In this document: positions 16,631-23,871 of the stretch, in pieces
Layout: every line of letters starts with the position of its first letter
Position numbering within the stretch: the stretch's first letter is position 1
Assembly (NCBI GenBank): GCA_017475605.1
Contig: JAFVFD010000002.1
Span: forward strand, 180,001 to 212,000
DNA: 32,000 bases
Origin: Alphaproteobacteria bacterium
GTDB taxonomy: Bacteria > Pseudomonadota > Alphaproteobacteria > Rs-D84
Direction: 5' to 3'
The notes under the pieces: generated by a model
What the model was told of the DNA's origin: nothing
What the model saw: the letters and a program-made list of their open reading frames with translations, nothing else
Database searches by the model: none
Position numbers and translations under genes: made by a program

Positions 16631-16847
16631 ACTCCGAATCCAATGGGAATTGGGTTCGGAGTTTTCAAGCTCCATAATCTGCGGTGCGAAAGCATCGGAA
16701 ATCCTAACGAACGGTGCTTTTGCGCTGTTGTGCCTGACCTTATGGTCGGGTATCTGTGGATATACAATAGGTTCGCCGAAAACCACAGAGTCATTCAGAT
16801 TATGACCTTGAAAATACCCGACCGCCTTTTCCTTTGGCGGTTTTTTT
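16631..16847 (+). promoter_or_regulatory. unclassified structured 5' leader / riboswitch-like attenuator ending in an intrinsic terminator
   Basis: 14-bp 5' hairpin (16631-16662). 9-bp enclosing helix 16673-16681:16796-16804. Internal hairpins include one with a GAAA loop. Terminator accgcc-N9-ggcggt plus T7 (16821-16847). Alternative 9-bp antiterminator 16744-16752:16815-16823. Confidence 0.55.
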
Positions 16848-16865
16848 AATAAAAGGAGCTACCAC

Positions 16866-17558
16866 ATGAATAACATAGTTCATATTTTTTGTTTGTGCAC
16901 TTGTATAATTCTTTTTCAGCCATGCTATGCAGCACCAGGTTCTGTATATAAAGATGCAGAAATCAACAGCAATGCAACTCGCGCACCACACAAACCATCA
17001 TATATTTACGAAATTCCTAAAAAAACAATCAATATAGAAACAGGTTCGGATAGCGACGTCCGCTTTGTTGTTGAATATCAGGTTGATCTGTTTTCATCTG
17101 CAAAATCTACATTGTCCATATCAAACGACTACTTTAAATCGTTCGTAAAAAGCAAAGGAACTTATATGAACCAAAATGGTATGTTATTAGTTGGGGTCCA
17201 GTTTTCCGAACTAAATGTTCAGCTAGGTTTTACTGCCAATCGCACAGAAATGGCTGATAACGAATCTACAAACCTAGGTATTGGTTTAAGATTACCAATG
17301 AGTAAAGGCTCTTTACAACCATATATAGAAGCAAGTGTATGGCATAGCATGTTAGATAACGAGTCTATAGAAGACAACGTTTCTGGTACTGGATTCGGGT
17401 TAGAGGGAGGCCTATTGTATAATTTGACCAACAAAGTATATATACGTGGCGGTATAGCTTATGGTTATACTAAATTTACAGAAGATGTATCCAACATAAA
17501 AACGACACTGGAAAACACTACTTGGTCTTTTAATACTGCATTAGGGTATCGTTTTTAA
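16866..17558 (+). CDS. small outer-membrane beta-barrel protein (Omp25/31 / OmpA-like porin family)
   Basis: Signal peptide MNNIVHIFCLCTCIILFQPCYA. Gly/Tyr-rich amphipathic strands. C-terminus ...FNTALGYRF. AAGGAG Shine-Dalgarno sequence 7 nt upstream. Confidence 0.75.
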   Translation: MNNIVHIFCLCTCIILFQPCYAAPGSVYKDAEINSNATRAPHKPSYIYEIPKKTINIETGSDSDVRFVVEYQVDLFSSAKSTLSISNDYFKSFVKSKGTYMNQNGMLLVGVQFSELNVQLGFTANRTEMADNESTNLGIGLRLPMSKGSLQPYIEASVWHSMLDNESIEDNVSGTGFGLEGGLLYNLTNKVYIRGGIAYGYTKFTEDVSNIKTTLENTTWSFNTALGYRF

Positions 17559-17573
17559 ATCGCAACCAAAATT

Positions 17574-17606
17574 AAAAAACACGACCTTTTGGGGTCGTGT
17601 TTTTTA
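17574..17606. terminator. bidirectional rho-independent terminator
   Basis: cacgacc (17580-17586), loop, ggtcgtg (17593-17599), flanked by an A-run and a T-run. Confidence 0.85.
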
Positions 17607-17618
17607 TCGATTTTTATT

Positions 17619-18287
17619 TTAATCTGAAACCAGCATTTTAACGCGGCTTAATTCAACAAACATATAAATATCCGCCACCGCATATATCAACATCAACACC
17701 GCCAGATAATAAGTCATCGCAATAAATGTCCCCAGCGGAAAGAAAAACAGCGCAATCGCCAACGCGAATAACACTATTCCCCCAATCAGTGTTAAAATAT
17801 AGTGTCCAAAACGTGCGCGCGCCAAATTGATTGCGAACACCAAAACACGCAACGCCTTGAAGAAAAACAGAACAACAAAGATATACGCAACACTAACCAA
17901 CGAACCGGCCGGATACACCACAAACAACAACCCCAGCACGATATTGATTAACCCGAACACGACATCGATGCCACCGCCACCGTTATCGTTCGACACAATA
18001 AAACCACTTATCATGCGATAAAGCCCGAACAGCAACAATGCAATACCAATTATGTATGTAAAGATAGTAAGCACCAACACCGGCTTAAAGAATAAAATTG
18101 CGGCCGCGACAACAAACAACAAAGCCTCGCCCACCAGCAACGGTGCGCTTTTACTGTACATGCGATTAATCGCCGCCATCACAGGATCGCGCGGTGTGGC
18201 CTTGGCACGTGGTGCACGTTTTACGCGCGTTGCGCGAACAGCCTTTTTCTGTACTGGTTTTTTACTTGGTTTCTTTACATTTGGCAT
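17619..18287 (-). CDS. HdeD/DUF308-type multi-pass membrane protein with basic N-terminal tail
   Basis: MPNVKKPSKKPVQKKAVRATRVKRAPRAK... followed by about 6 TM helices with repeated G-rich DUF308-like segments. The start is set at 18287 (AGGGGGG Shine-Dalgarno sequence). The longer track ORF would run through tRNA-Pro. Confidence 0.7.
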   Translation of the reverse strand: MPNVKKPSKKPVQKKAVRATRVKRAPRAKATPRDPVMAAINRMYSKSAPLLVGEALLFVVAAAILFFKPVLVLTIFTYIIGIALLLFGLYRMISGFIVSNDNGGGGIDVVFGLINIVLGLLFVVYPAGSLVSVAYIFVVLFFFKALRVLVFAINLARARFGHYILTLIGGIVLFALAIALFFFPLGTFIAMTYYLAVLMLIYAVADIYMFVELSRVKMLVSD

Positions 18288-18315
18288 AAAATCCCCCCTT
18301 TCCTTGTCATATAAA

Positions 18316-18344
18316 ATATTACCATTTTTGCCCAAACCGTTCAA
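18316..18344 (-). promoter_or_regulatory. promoter TTGAAC-N17-TAATAT with TGg extended -10
   Basis: On the minus strand, TTGAAC is plus 18339-18344 and TGGTAATAT is plus 18316-18324. Upstream of the ATG at 18287. Confidence 0.4.
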
Positions 18345-18369
18345 GTGGATAAAAAGCCAAACGAAATAT

Positions 18370-18397
18370 TTGCATTTAGAAAAAATAGTGTTATAAT
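18370..18397 (+). promoter_or_regulatory. tRNA-Pro promoter TTGCAT-N16-TATAAT with TGt extended -10
   Basis: ttgcat at 18370-18375 and tgttataat at 18389-18397. 10 nt separate it from the tRNA 5' end. Confidence 0.5.
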
Positions 18398-18407
18398 GGC
18401 GGTCATT

Positions 18408-18484
18408 CGGGGTGTAGCTCAGCCTGGTAGAGTACTTGGTTTGGGACCAAGGTGTCGGAGGTTCGAACCCTCTCACCCCGACCA
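18408..18484 (+). tRNA. tRNA-Pro (anticodon UGG)
   Basis: CGGGGTGTAGCTCAGCCTGGTAGAGTACTTGGTTTGGGACCAAGGTGTCGGAGGTTCGAACCCTCTCACCCCGACCA: 7-bp acceptor stem, CTTGG/CCAAG anticodon stem, loop TTTGGGA, TTCGAAC T-loop, encoded CCA. Confidence 0.95.
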
Positions 18485-18492
18485 GATTAAAT

Positions 18493-18519
18493 AAAAAGAC
18501 CGCTTTATGCGGTCTTTTT
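18493..18519. terminator. bidirectional rho-independent terminator
   Basis: aagaccgc (18496-18503), loop tttat, gcggtctt (18509-18516), flanked by an A-run and a T-run. Serves tRNA-Pro and the convergent HNH gene. Confidence 0.85.
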
Positions 18520-18524
18520 CATAC

Positions 18525-19763
18525 TTAATAAGGAATAGTGGACACTTTATATGGCGACAACTTCACATTATAATTCAATATTTTAAAACTTGGATTATTG
18601 TAATCTACATAAATATCCAAAACATCTTTATCCGACCGTACACCTATTGTTTTTCCGTCTGGAATACACTTATGTTTCCCAACAGTAAAAGTGTTCGCAG
18701 GGATACGGAACAAATGGCATTCGTGTTTTTTGGTGTCATTCAAAATAAACCACCATTCCCCCATTAAAAACTTCGGATCCGGATTTGCCCAGTAAAAACT
18801 TTCGTTTTTGGACAAACTGGCATACGTAACATGCCCAAAAACATTGTGTCCTTGGGATCTAAATATTTTTATCGCCAAAGATTTACTAATTGGTGTTGTG
18901 GACTTATCAGCCCTGTCTGCCATTGTTATGCGAGATGGCTCGACAAAAACTTCTGGTCCCTTAGGCTCAAATTCGTCTGGCATTGTACTGGCCGATGCAT
19001 CGTATTTCCTATGACAATCGTGACACAAGAAATAAAAAGTACTCGGGTCAGAATGCAAAGCATTTATCCTGTTTGCAAAATCTTTTATATTTATACGAAA
19101 TATACTCTCTTTACTAGTCTTTACAGCAAGTTCTTTCCAAACTTGTTCTATCAAAACCGTTCGTTCCCCATTTCTGCGATGTGCAGCTTCTAACACCACA
19201 CCTGTCTTGCCACAATATTGACAAACATTACCCATTTTTAGTTTTTTAGTCAAAACAGGAACTCTGTTTTTTACATAGTCATTGATATAAGTAAAAAAGT
19301 CTTCATATGTTCCGATATATTCTGGGACAGATAATATATCATCATTGGGACAATTCATTTGTTGTTCTATATTTTCTATTTTCGTGATAAATTTTTGAGC
19401 GTTAACAAGCCTTGTCATTTTTATCAGTTCCTTGATAACAAAAGGAAACACAGAATCCGAACTGTTCACATTATGGAAAAAGTCATTTGCCGCATCTACC
19501 AATAATTCTAAATCTCGACAGGCCGAATTATCACGCCAATAATCAACTGCCTGTAAAAAGCGAACATTATTTTCCAATTCTGTATACAGTGGCTGCGTAT
19601 TTGGGTTTTTATAGTTTTCCTTGAACTTCAATAATCTGCAAACCAACCTAAAATCACGTTCGGCATTATATTGTTTCAGAATGTTTACAATACCACTTGG
19701 TAAAATATTATTTGAATAAACAAAATCTAAAAAAACGCCGCAAATTTCACGAACATCTGACAT
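18525..19763 (-). CDS. HNH endonuclease-domain protein with unrecognised N- and C-terminal domains
   Basis: Cys4 HNH core CQYCGKTGVVLEAAHRRNGE...FYFLCHDCHRKYD (about nt 18999-19223). The start is set at 19763 (MSDVREIC, AAGGGGA Shine-Dalgarno sequence). Markedly AT-rich relative to its flanks. Confidence 0.75.
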   Translation of the reverse strand: MSDVREICGVFLDFVYSNNILPSGIVNILKQYNAERDFRLVCRLLKFKENYKNPNTQPLYTELENNVRFLQAVDYWRDNSACRDLELLVDAANDFFHNVNSSDSVFPFVIKELIKMTRLVNAQKFITKIENIEQQMNCPNDDILSVPEYIGTYEDFFTYINDYVKNRVPVLTKKLKMGNVCQYCGKTGVVLEAAHRRNGERTVLIEQVWKELAVKTSKESIFRINIKDFANRINALHSDPSTFYFLCHDCHRKYDASASTMPDEFEPKGPEVFVEPSRITMADRADKSTTPISKSLAIKIFRSQGHNVFGHVTYASLSKNESFYWANPDPKFLMGEWWFILNDTKKHECHLFRIPANTFTVGKHKCIPDGKTIGVRSDKDVLDIYVDYNNPSFKILNYNVKLSPYKVSTIPY

Positions 19764-19860
19764 TTTATCCCCTTGGTTTCTATATATTCTAATAACTACC
19801 ACATTTATGCGGCTTATATCAAGTTTTTTTACTTGTATGAATATGCACAAAAGTTTTAAT

Positions 19861-20892
19861 ATGAATTACATGGCAAGGGGAATATTCATTTTTATTGCGC
19901 TGGTCTTGGCGACCGTTGGTGCCGATGCTGCATCGGTTCGTGGCGTATCAACCGCCACACGTAATGGGCGCGCAACCGCCACATCCCAGACCGCCAACCC
20001 GGCCAGTGGTTATACATATAATTACATGTACCCCTATTTGAACAATCAGATGCGCACCGCGCTTAACCCCGGGGTTACAACATCGCAATCGACCAGCCCC
20101 ATAAACGCCGTCGTTCGTACCGAACAATTGTCATCGCCACGTCGTGTGGTTGCACGCAGTGCCAAGAAAGGCACCACAACAAATACCACCGCACCGGCCC
20201 AGGTCGCACGTCGTGTGGTTGCGCGTCCGAATACGGCGCGGGTTGCCACAAATAATGACGATGTATACCGCCCAACAAATATTCGCGACAATACGCAATA
20301 TCGTGATGATGCGGTTACAACCGACGCACCGCGCGGCAGGCTAAACGAATCCCAACGAAATGCCGCCGCACTGACCCCGTACCCTGAAACCCGGGTTGTG
20401 TCGTCTGCGCGATGCCTGGCCGATTATACCGAATGTATGGATTCATATTGTGTCCGCGAAGATACCGCATACAATCGCTGTTTTTGCAGTGCGAAATTGG
20501 CGCAAATTGATGCGACATATCAGCCGGCGATTGAATCGTTGGTTAATCAAATTGTATCGTTGAAATATGGCTCGTCATCTTGGTCGGATGCGGAAATGAA
20601 TGAATATTGGATGAATACTATTGGTAAATATACGGGCGACAATTCATGGCAAAAACTGGACGATTTGTTGAACATAGATTGGTCAACAATGGAAAATCGT
20701 ACCCGCGGGCAAAATGCCTTTGCAACTGGGCATGAATATTGTGTTCAACATATCCAGGGATGTTTTTATATGGCATCTAACCTGCGCGATGCCTACCGGT
20801 CCAGGATAAGCACCGATTGTGCCACATATGAATCTTCACTACAAAAATTGAAAAACGCCGCAGAAAGCGTGATAGAGGCTTACCAGGAATGA
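19861..20892 (+). CDS. secreted protein: basic low-complexity region with RRVVAR repeats plus a Cys-containing C-terminal domain
   Basis: Signal peptide MARGIFIFIALVLATVGADAAS. The start is ambiguous (ATGs at 19837, 19843, 19861, 19870). No family recognised. Confidence 0.6.
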   Translation: MNYMARGIFIFIALVLATVGADAASVRGVSTATRNGRATATSQTANPASGYTYNYMYPYLNNQMRTALNPGVTTSQSTSPINAVVRTEQLSSPRRVVARSAKKGTTTNTTAPAQVARRVVARPNTARVATNNDDVYRPTNIRDNTQYRDDAVTTDAPRGRLNESQRNAAALTPYPETRVVSSARCLADYTECMDSYCVREDTAYNRCFCSAKLAQIDATYQPAIESLVNQIVSLKYGSSSWSDAEMNEYWMNTIGKYTGDNSWQKLDDLLNIDWSTMENRTRGQNAFATGHEYCVQHIQGCFYMASNLRDAYRSRISTDCATYESSLQKLKNAAESVIEAYQE

Positions 20893-21728
20893 TAACACGC
20901 TTTATGGGTATTGAATACGGACGGGCCGCATGCGCCATCCCACGTGATGGTGGGCCGGCATTGGCACCCGCGACAATAAAACAAATGTTTCCGAACACAA
21001 CCTGGACAATGGTAAGCCCCACCCCCGTTGATATTCAAACGACACTTGCTGACAGGTTTGCCGAAAACACCCCGGTTCAAATTGATATTTACAATAATAC
21101 ACCACACGAACGGCATATTATGATTGGTGGCGACCATTCCGTTAATTTCGGGCATTTCGCCGCGTTGGCCGACCAACTGGGAACCGACGATTTATGTATG
21201 GTGTATGTTGATGCGCATTTGGATATTCATTCGCCAGAATCTTCCCGGGCCGAAGCATCCGGCGCGCCACATGGGTGTAATGTACGCGGCCTTATGGGCG
21301 AAGGCGATGCGCGATGGTTGGCAATTCCAAAGCGTACACCTTTATTAAAACACGAAAATATGTTTTATTTGGGGACCCGTTCTTTTGAACCAGCCGAAAT
21401 AAAATATGTTCATGAAAATAATATCTTTATGCACCCGGCCGATCAATTACAGACCATGTCCGCGGTACGCGATGCGGTACGCGCGGTTCTTGATAAAATC
21501 GCGGGTCGCCCCTTTGTTTTATCATTTGATTTTGATGGTATTGATCCAAAATATTTTCGCGATGTTTGGGTACCTGAAAATAACGGTCTGGATATGGATG
21601 CCGCGACATATATGGTTAACGCATTTCGTGGTGCATACGGCATTGAATTCGTTGAATATGCACCAAATGGCGATCCGCAATCTGCGGATATCGCCCGACA
21701 ATTAATACAAATTGCGATGAATCAGTAA
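20889..21728 (+). CDS. arginase/agmatinase/formimidoylglutamase-family ureohydrolase
   Basis: Mn-binding signatures IGGDHSV, VYVDAHLDIH, LSFDFDGIDP. The start overlaps the upstream stop (ATGA). Confidence 0.8.
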   Translation: MITRFMGIEYGRAACAIPRDGGPALAPATIKQMFPNTTWTMVSPTPVDIQTTLADRFAENTPVQIDIYNNTPHERHIMIGGDHSVNFGHFAALADQLGTDDLCMVYVDAHLDIHSPESSRAEASGAPHGCNVRGLMGEGDARWLAIPKRTPLLKHENMFYLGTRSFEPAEIKYVHENNIFMHPADQLQTMSAVRDAVRAVLDKIAGRPFVLSFDFDGIDPKYFRDVWVPENNGLDMDAATYMVNAFRGAYGIEFVEYAPNGDPQSADIARQLIQIAMNQ

Positions 21729-21731
21729 AAA

Positions 21732-21926
21732 TTATTTCAGTTCTTCGCACATTAAATTGTGCCGATAAATATTTCGCGCCAAATCATCACTTATTACATT
21801 CCAATCTGATTCGCGCCCATATATTTTTTGACATGTGATTGGCGCACATATACTATTCGGCGATTGTGTATTTTTCGCGCAGGACGCGACGAATATCGCC
21901 AAGATTGGTATGAAAAACTTTTTCAT
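21732..21926 (-). CDS. small lipoprotein (64 aa)
   Basis: Lipobox MKKFFIPILAIFVAS|C. GGAGA Shine-Dalgarno sequence 7 nt upstream. Five Cys in the mature part, counting the lipidated Cys. Confidence 0.65.
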   Translation of the reverse strand: MKKFFIPILAIFVASCAKNTQSPNSICAPITCQKIYGRESDWNVISDDLARNIYRHNLMCEELK

Positions 21927-22104
21927 TTACATTCTCCACCATATTTGCAGTTGATATAATTTCAACGGTATTCATATTCGCAATTCGCGAATTGCATTTT
22001 AATTTTCCAACATAATTGCCAATGACAAAGGCAAAAAAAATTGCGGTACCAAACGACACCGCATAATAAATATATTTCATTTTAATCTTTCTTATTCTAT
22101 CCAC
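21853..22104 (-). CDS. small single-pass membrane protein (75-83 aa)
   Basis: TM segment YIYYAVSFGTAIFFAFVIGNYV. The start is at 22104 or, more likely, 22080 (MKYIYY). Its 3' end overlaps the lipoprotein gene by 74 nt in another frame. Confidence 0.45.
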   Translation of the reverse strand: MDRIRKIKMKYIYYAVSFGTAIFFAFVIGNYVGKLKCNSRIANMNTVEIISTANMVENVNEKVFHTNLGDIRRVLREKYTIAE

Positions 22105-22361
22105 ATAATCGGTTGACCGCTGTTATTATCACGCGGCATTTTATTTGGCAAAACATACACCAAATTACCCGATTTATCGGTTGTTACACTGTCCACACCA
22201 ATTGATTCAACATCTATTGATTTTGATTCATCTGTGGGTCTACTTGTTTGGTTCACACCGGGTACGGAATCACCACGACCAAACAACACGATTGCCCCAA
22301 CAACAATCAGCCCTAAAACAATCAAAGCAATTACAATTTTCTTAATCATTGTTATCACCAT
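22092..22361 (-). CDS. small single-pass membrane protein (85-89 aa)
   Basis: TM segment IKKIVIALIVLGLIVVGAIVLF, then a Ser/Asp/Val-rich soluble tail. Confidence 0.5.
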   Translation of the reverse strand: MVITMIKKIVIALIVLGLIVVGAIVLFGRGDSVPGVNQTSRPTDESKSIDVESIGVDSVTTDKSGNLVYVLPNKMPRDNNSGQPIMWIE

Positions 22362-22370
22362 ATATGTGAT

Positions 22371-22379
22371 ATTGTATCA
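22371..22379 (-). promoter_or_regulatory. extended -10 TGATACAAT, 9 nt upstream of the ATG at 22361
   Basis: Plus strand attgtatca at 22371-22379. No Shine-Dalgarno sequence before the first ATG. Confidence 0.35.
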
Positions 22380-22413
22380 CAAATATGGCAATAAACAACT
22401 TTTTATATAAAAA

Positions 22414-23682
22414 TTATTGATTCATGGAATTAAAGAAATCGTCGTTTGTTTTCGTCAAACGCAATTTATCCAGCAAGAATTCCATCGCTTCTAATGTGCC
22501 CATTGGATTGATGATGCGGCGCAGAACATATGTTTTTGCCAATGTTTCTTTGCCCACCAACAAATCTTCTTTGCGGGTACCAGACTTGGTAATATCAATT
22601 GCCGGGTAAACACGTTTATCAGACAATTTTCTATCCAAAATAATTTCACTGTTACCTGTTCCTTTGAATTCTTCGAAAATAACTTCGTCCATTTTGGAAC
22701 CAGTATCGACCAACGCAGTTGCGATAATGGTAAGTGAACCGCCCCCTTCGATATTACGTGCGGCACCAAAGAATCGTTTTGGACGCTGTAATGCGTACGC
22801 ATCAACACCACCGGTTAAAACCTTGCCGCTGGACGGGACACATGTATTGTACGCACGACCTAAACGCGTAATAGAATCTAACAGAATCACGACATCTTGG
22901 CCGGCTTCGACCAAACGTTTTGCCTTTTCAATTACCATTTCAGCGACCTGGATATGACGCGTTGCTGGTTCATCAAAAGTGGACGAAATAACTTCCCCTT
23001 TGACACTGCGTTGCATATCGGTAACTTCTTCGGGACGTTCGTCAATCAACAAAACGATTAATTTAACATCTGGATAGTTCGTTGCGATTGAATGCGCGAT
23101 ATTCTGTAACATAACAGTTTTACCTGTACGCGGTGGCGCAACGATAAGTGAACGTTGCCCCTTGCCCGTTGGGGAAATCAAATCAATAACACGCGCAGAA
23201 AGGTTGCGGCCTTTGTCCTTGTCGTCGGCAACTTCCATTTTAAGCATTTCATCCGGATACAACGGTGTCATATCATCAAAAGAAACACGATGGCGCAGTT
23301 TTTCCGGTTCACCACCGTTTACGCGTTCAATTGTTTCCAACGCGAAATACCGTTCAGATTCGTTTTGTGGTGCCTGAATTTGCCCCTCGATATAATCGCC
23401 GGTTTTCAAACCATATTTTTTAATAAGATTCGGCGACACATACAAATCGTCCGGCCCCGCCAGATAGTTTGATTCCGGCGCGCGCAGGAAACCAAAACCA
23501 TCCTGCATGCGTTCCAAAACACCATCACCAATTAATGTGATTTTTTTATCGGCCGCATAGACACGCATAACCGCGAAACGCAGTTGTTGTACATTTAATT
23601 GCGACGGGTTTTCAATACCCATATCTTCGGCCATTTTCAGCAATTGCTGTGGCGATTTCGCCTTTAATTCATTTATATGCAT
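22414..23682 (-). CDS. rho: transcription termination factor Rho
   Basis: N-terminal [27 protein letters not shown]-binding domain, Walker A PPRTGKT, RecA-like core. 422 aa. Confidence 0.97.
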   Translation of the reverse strand: MHINELKAKSPQQLLKMAEDMGIENPSQLNVQQLRFAVMRVYAADKKITLIGDGVLERMQDGFGFLRAPESNYLAGPDDLYVSPNLIKKYGLKTGDYIEGQIQAPQNESERYFALETIERVNGGEPEKLRHRVSFDDMTPLYPDEMLKMEVADDKDKGRNLSARVIDLISPTGKGQRSLIVAPPRTGKTVMLQNIAHSIATNYPDVKLIVLLIDERPEEVTDMQRSVKGEVISSTFDEPATRHIQVAEMVIEKAKRLVEAGQDVVILLDSITRLGRAYNTCVPSSGKVLTGGVDAYALQRPKRFFGAARNIEGGGSLTIIATALVDTGSKMDEVIFEEFKGTGNSEIILDRKLSDKRVYPAIDITKSGTRKEDLLVGKETLAKTYVLRRIINPMGTLEAMEFLLDKLRLTKTNDDFFNSMNQ

Positions 23683-23747
23683 AATTTTTCCTTTTGGAAT
23701 ACGGGTTTCCTGTGCGAACGCACCCCGCTGTTTTCTAAGACCTTTTT

Positions 23748-23776
23748 ATTATAAGGCAATTTGACAAAAAAGTCAA
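23748..23776 (-). promoter_or_regulatory. rho promoter TTGACT-N17-TATAAT
   Basis: On the minus strand, TTGACT is plus 23771-23776 and TATAAT is plus 23748-23753. Implies a leader of about 59 nt. Confidence 0.6.
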
Positions 23777-23871
23777 GGGGTGCGAAAAACTCGCTGTTTT
23801 TTTCTTGCTTTTATTGCTTTTTTTTGCTCGAATTATCAATATAAACAAGAACTAACCGAAAGGAAAGAATT

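Noticed and set aside
16631-16847. Assignment of the structured leader to a known riboswitch class (TPP, cobalamin, c-di-GMP-I, glycine, purine, guanidine-I)
   Set aside because: There are superficial resemblances: UAUCUGUGGAUAUAC to the TPP GAUCUGGAUAAUGCC, GCGGUGCGAAAGC to the cobalamin GGUGC-GAA segment, UAGGUUCGCCG to the ykkC core, and the P1-like CAUAAUCUG helix. The invariant cores (CUGAGA; CCCGCAAC and the B12 box; GGCAAACC/ACGCAAAGC; and so on) are absent. The element is left unclassified.
16643-16849. 68-aa ORF within the leader, considered as a leader peptide or small protein
   Set aside because: It has no Shine-Dalgarno sequence, starts inside the 5' hairpin, and has no attenuation-type codon runs. 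RNA structure explains the region better.
18288-18476. N-terminal extension of the DUF308 membrane-protein ORF (285-aa version)
   Set aside because: The extension is the reverse complement of tRNA-Pro and its promoter. The ATG at 18287 with an AGGGGGG Shine-Dalgarno sequence is the credible start.
19764-19850. N-terminal extension of the HNH ORF (441-aa version), and the far-upstream start (19807) of the divergent secreted-protein ORF
   Set aside because: Both extensions cross the same short divergent promoter region. Internal ATGs with Shine-Dalgarno sequences or a signal peptide (19763; 19861-19870) are more plausible.
21853-21926. Frameshifted pseudogene as the explanation for the 74-nt overlap of the two small ORFs
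   Set aside because: The downstream ORF has an independent Shine-Dalgarno sequence and a complete lipoprotein signal peptide starting at its own ATG. That is not expected from a simple frameshift of a single ancestral gene. This cannot be excluded without comparative data.
16684-23800. Shared GGTGCGAAA...CGCTGTT motif in the porin leader (16684-16730) and upstream of ssb (23780-23799; related copy at 23712-23734)
   Set aside because: Only a 9-mer and a 7-mer match, and their spacing is very different (about 40 nt versus about 13 nt). There is no supporting structure in common, so it is probably coincidence.
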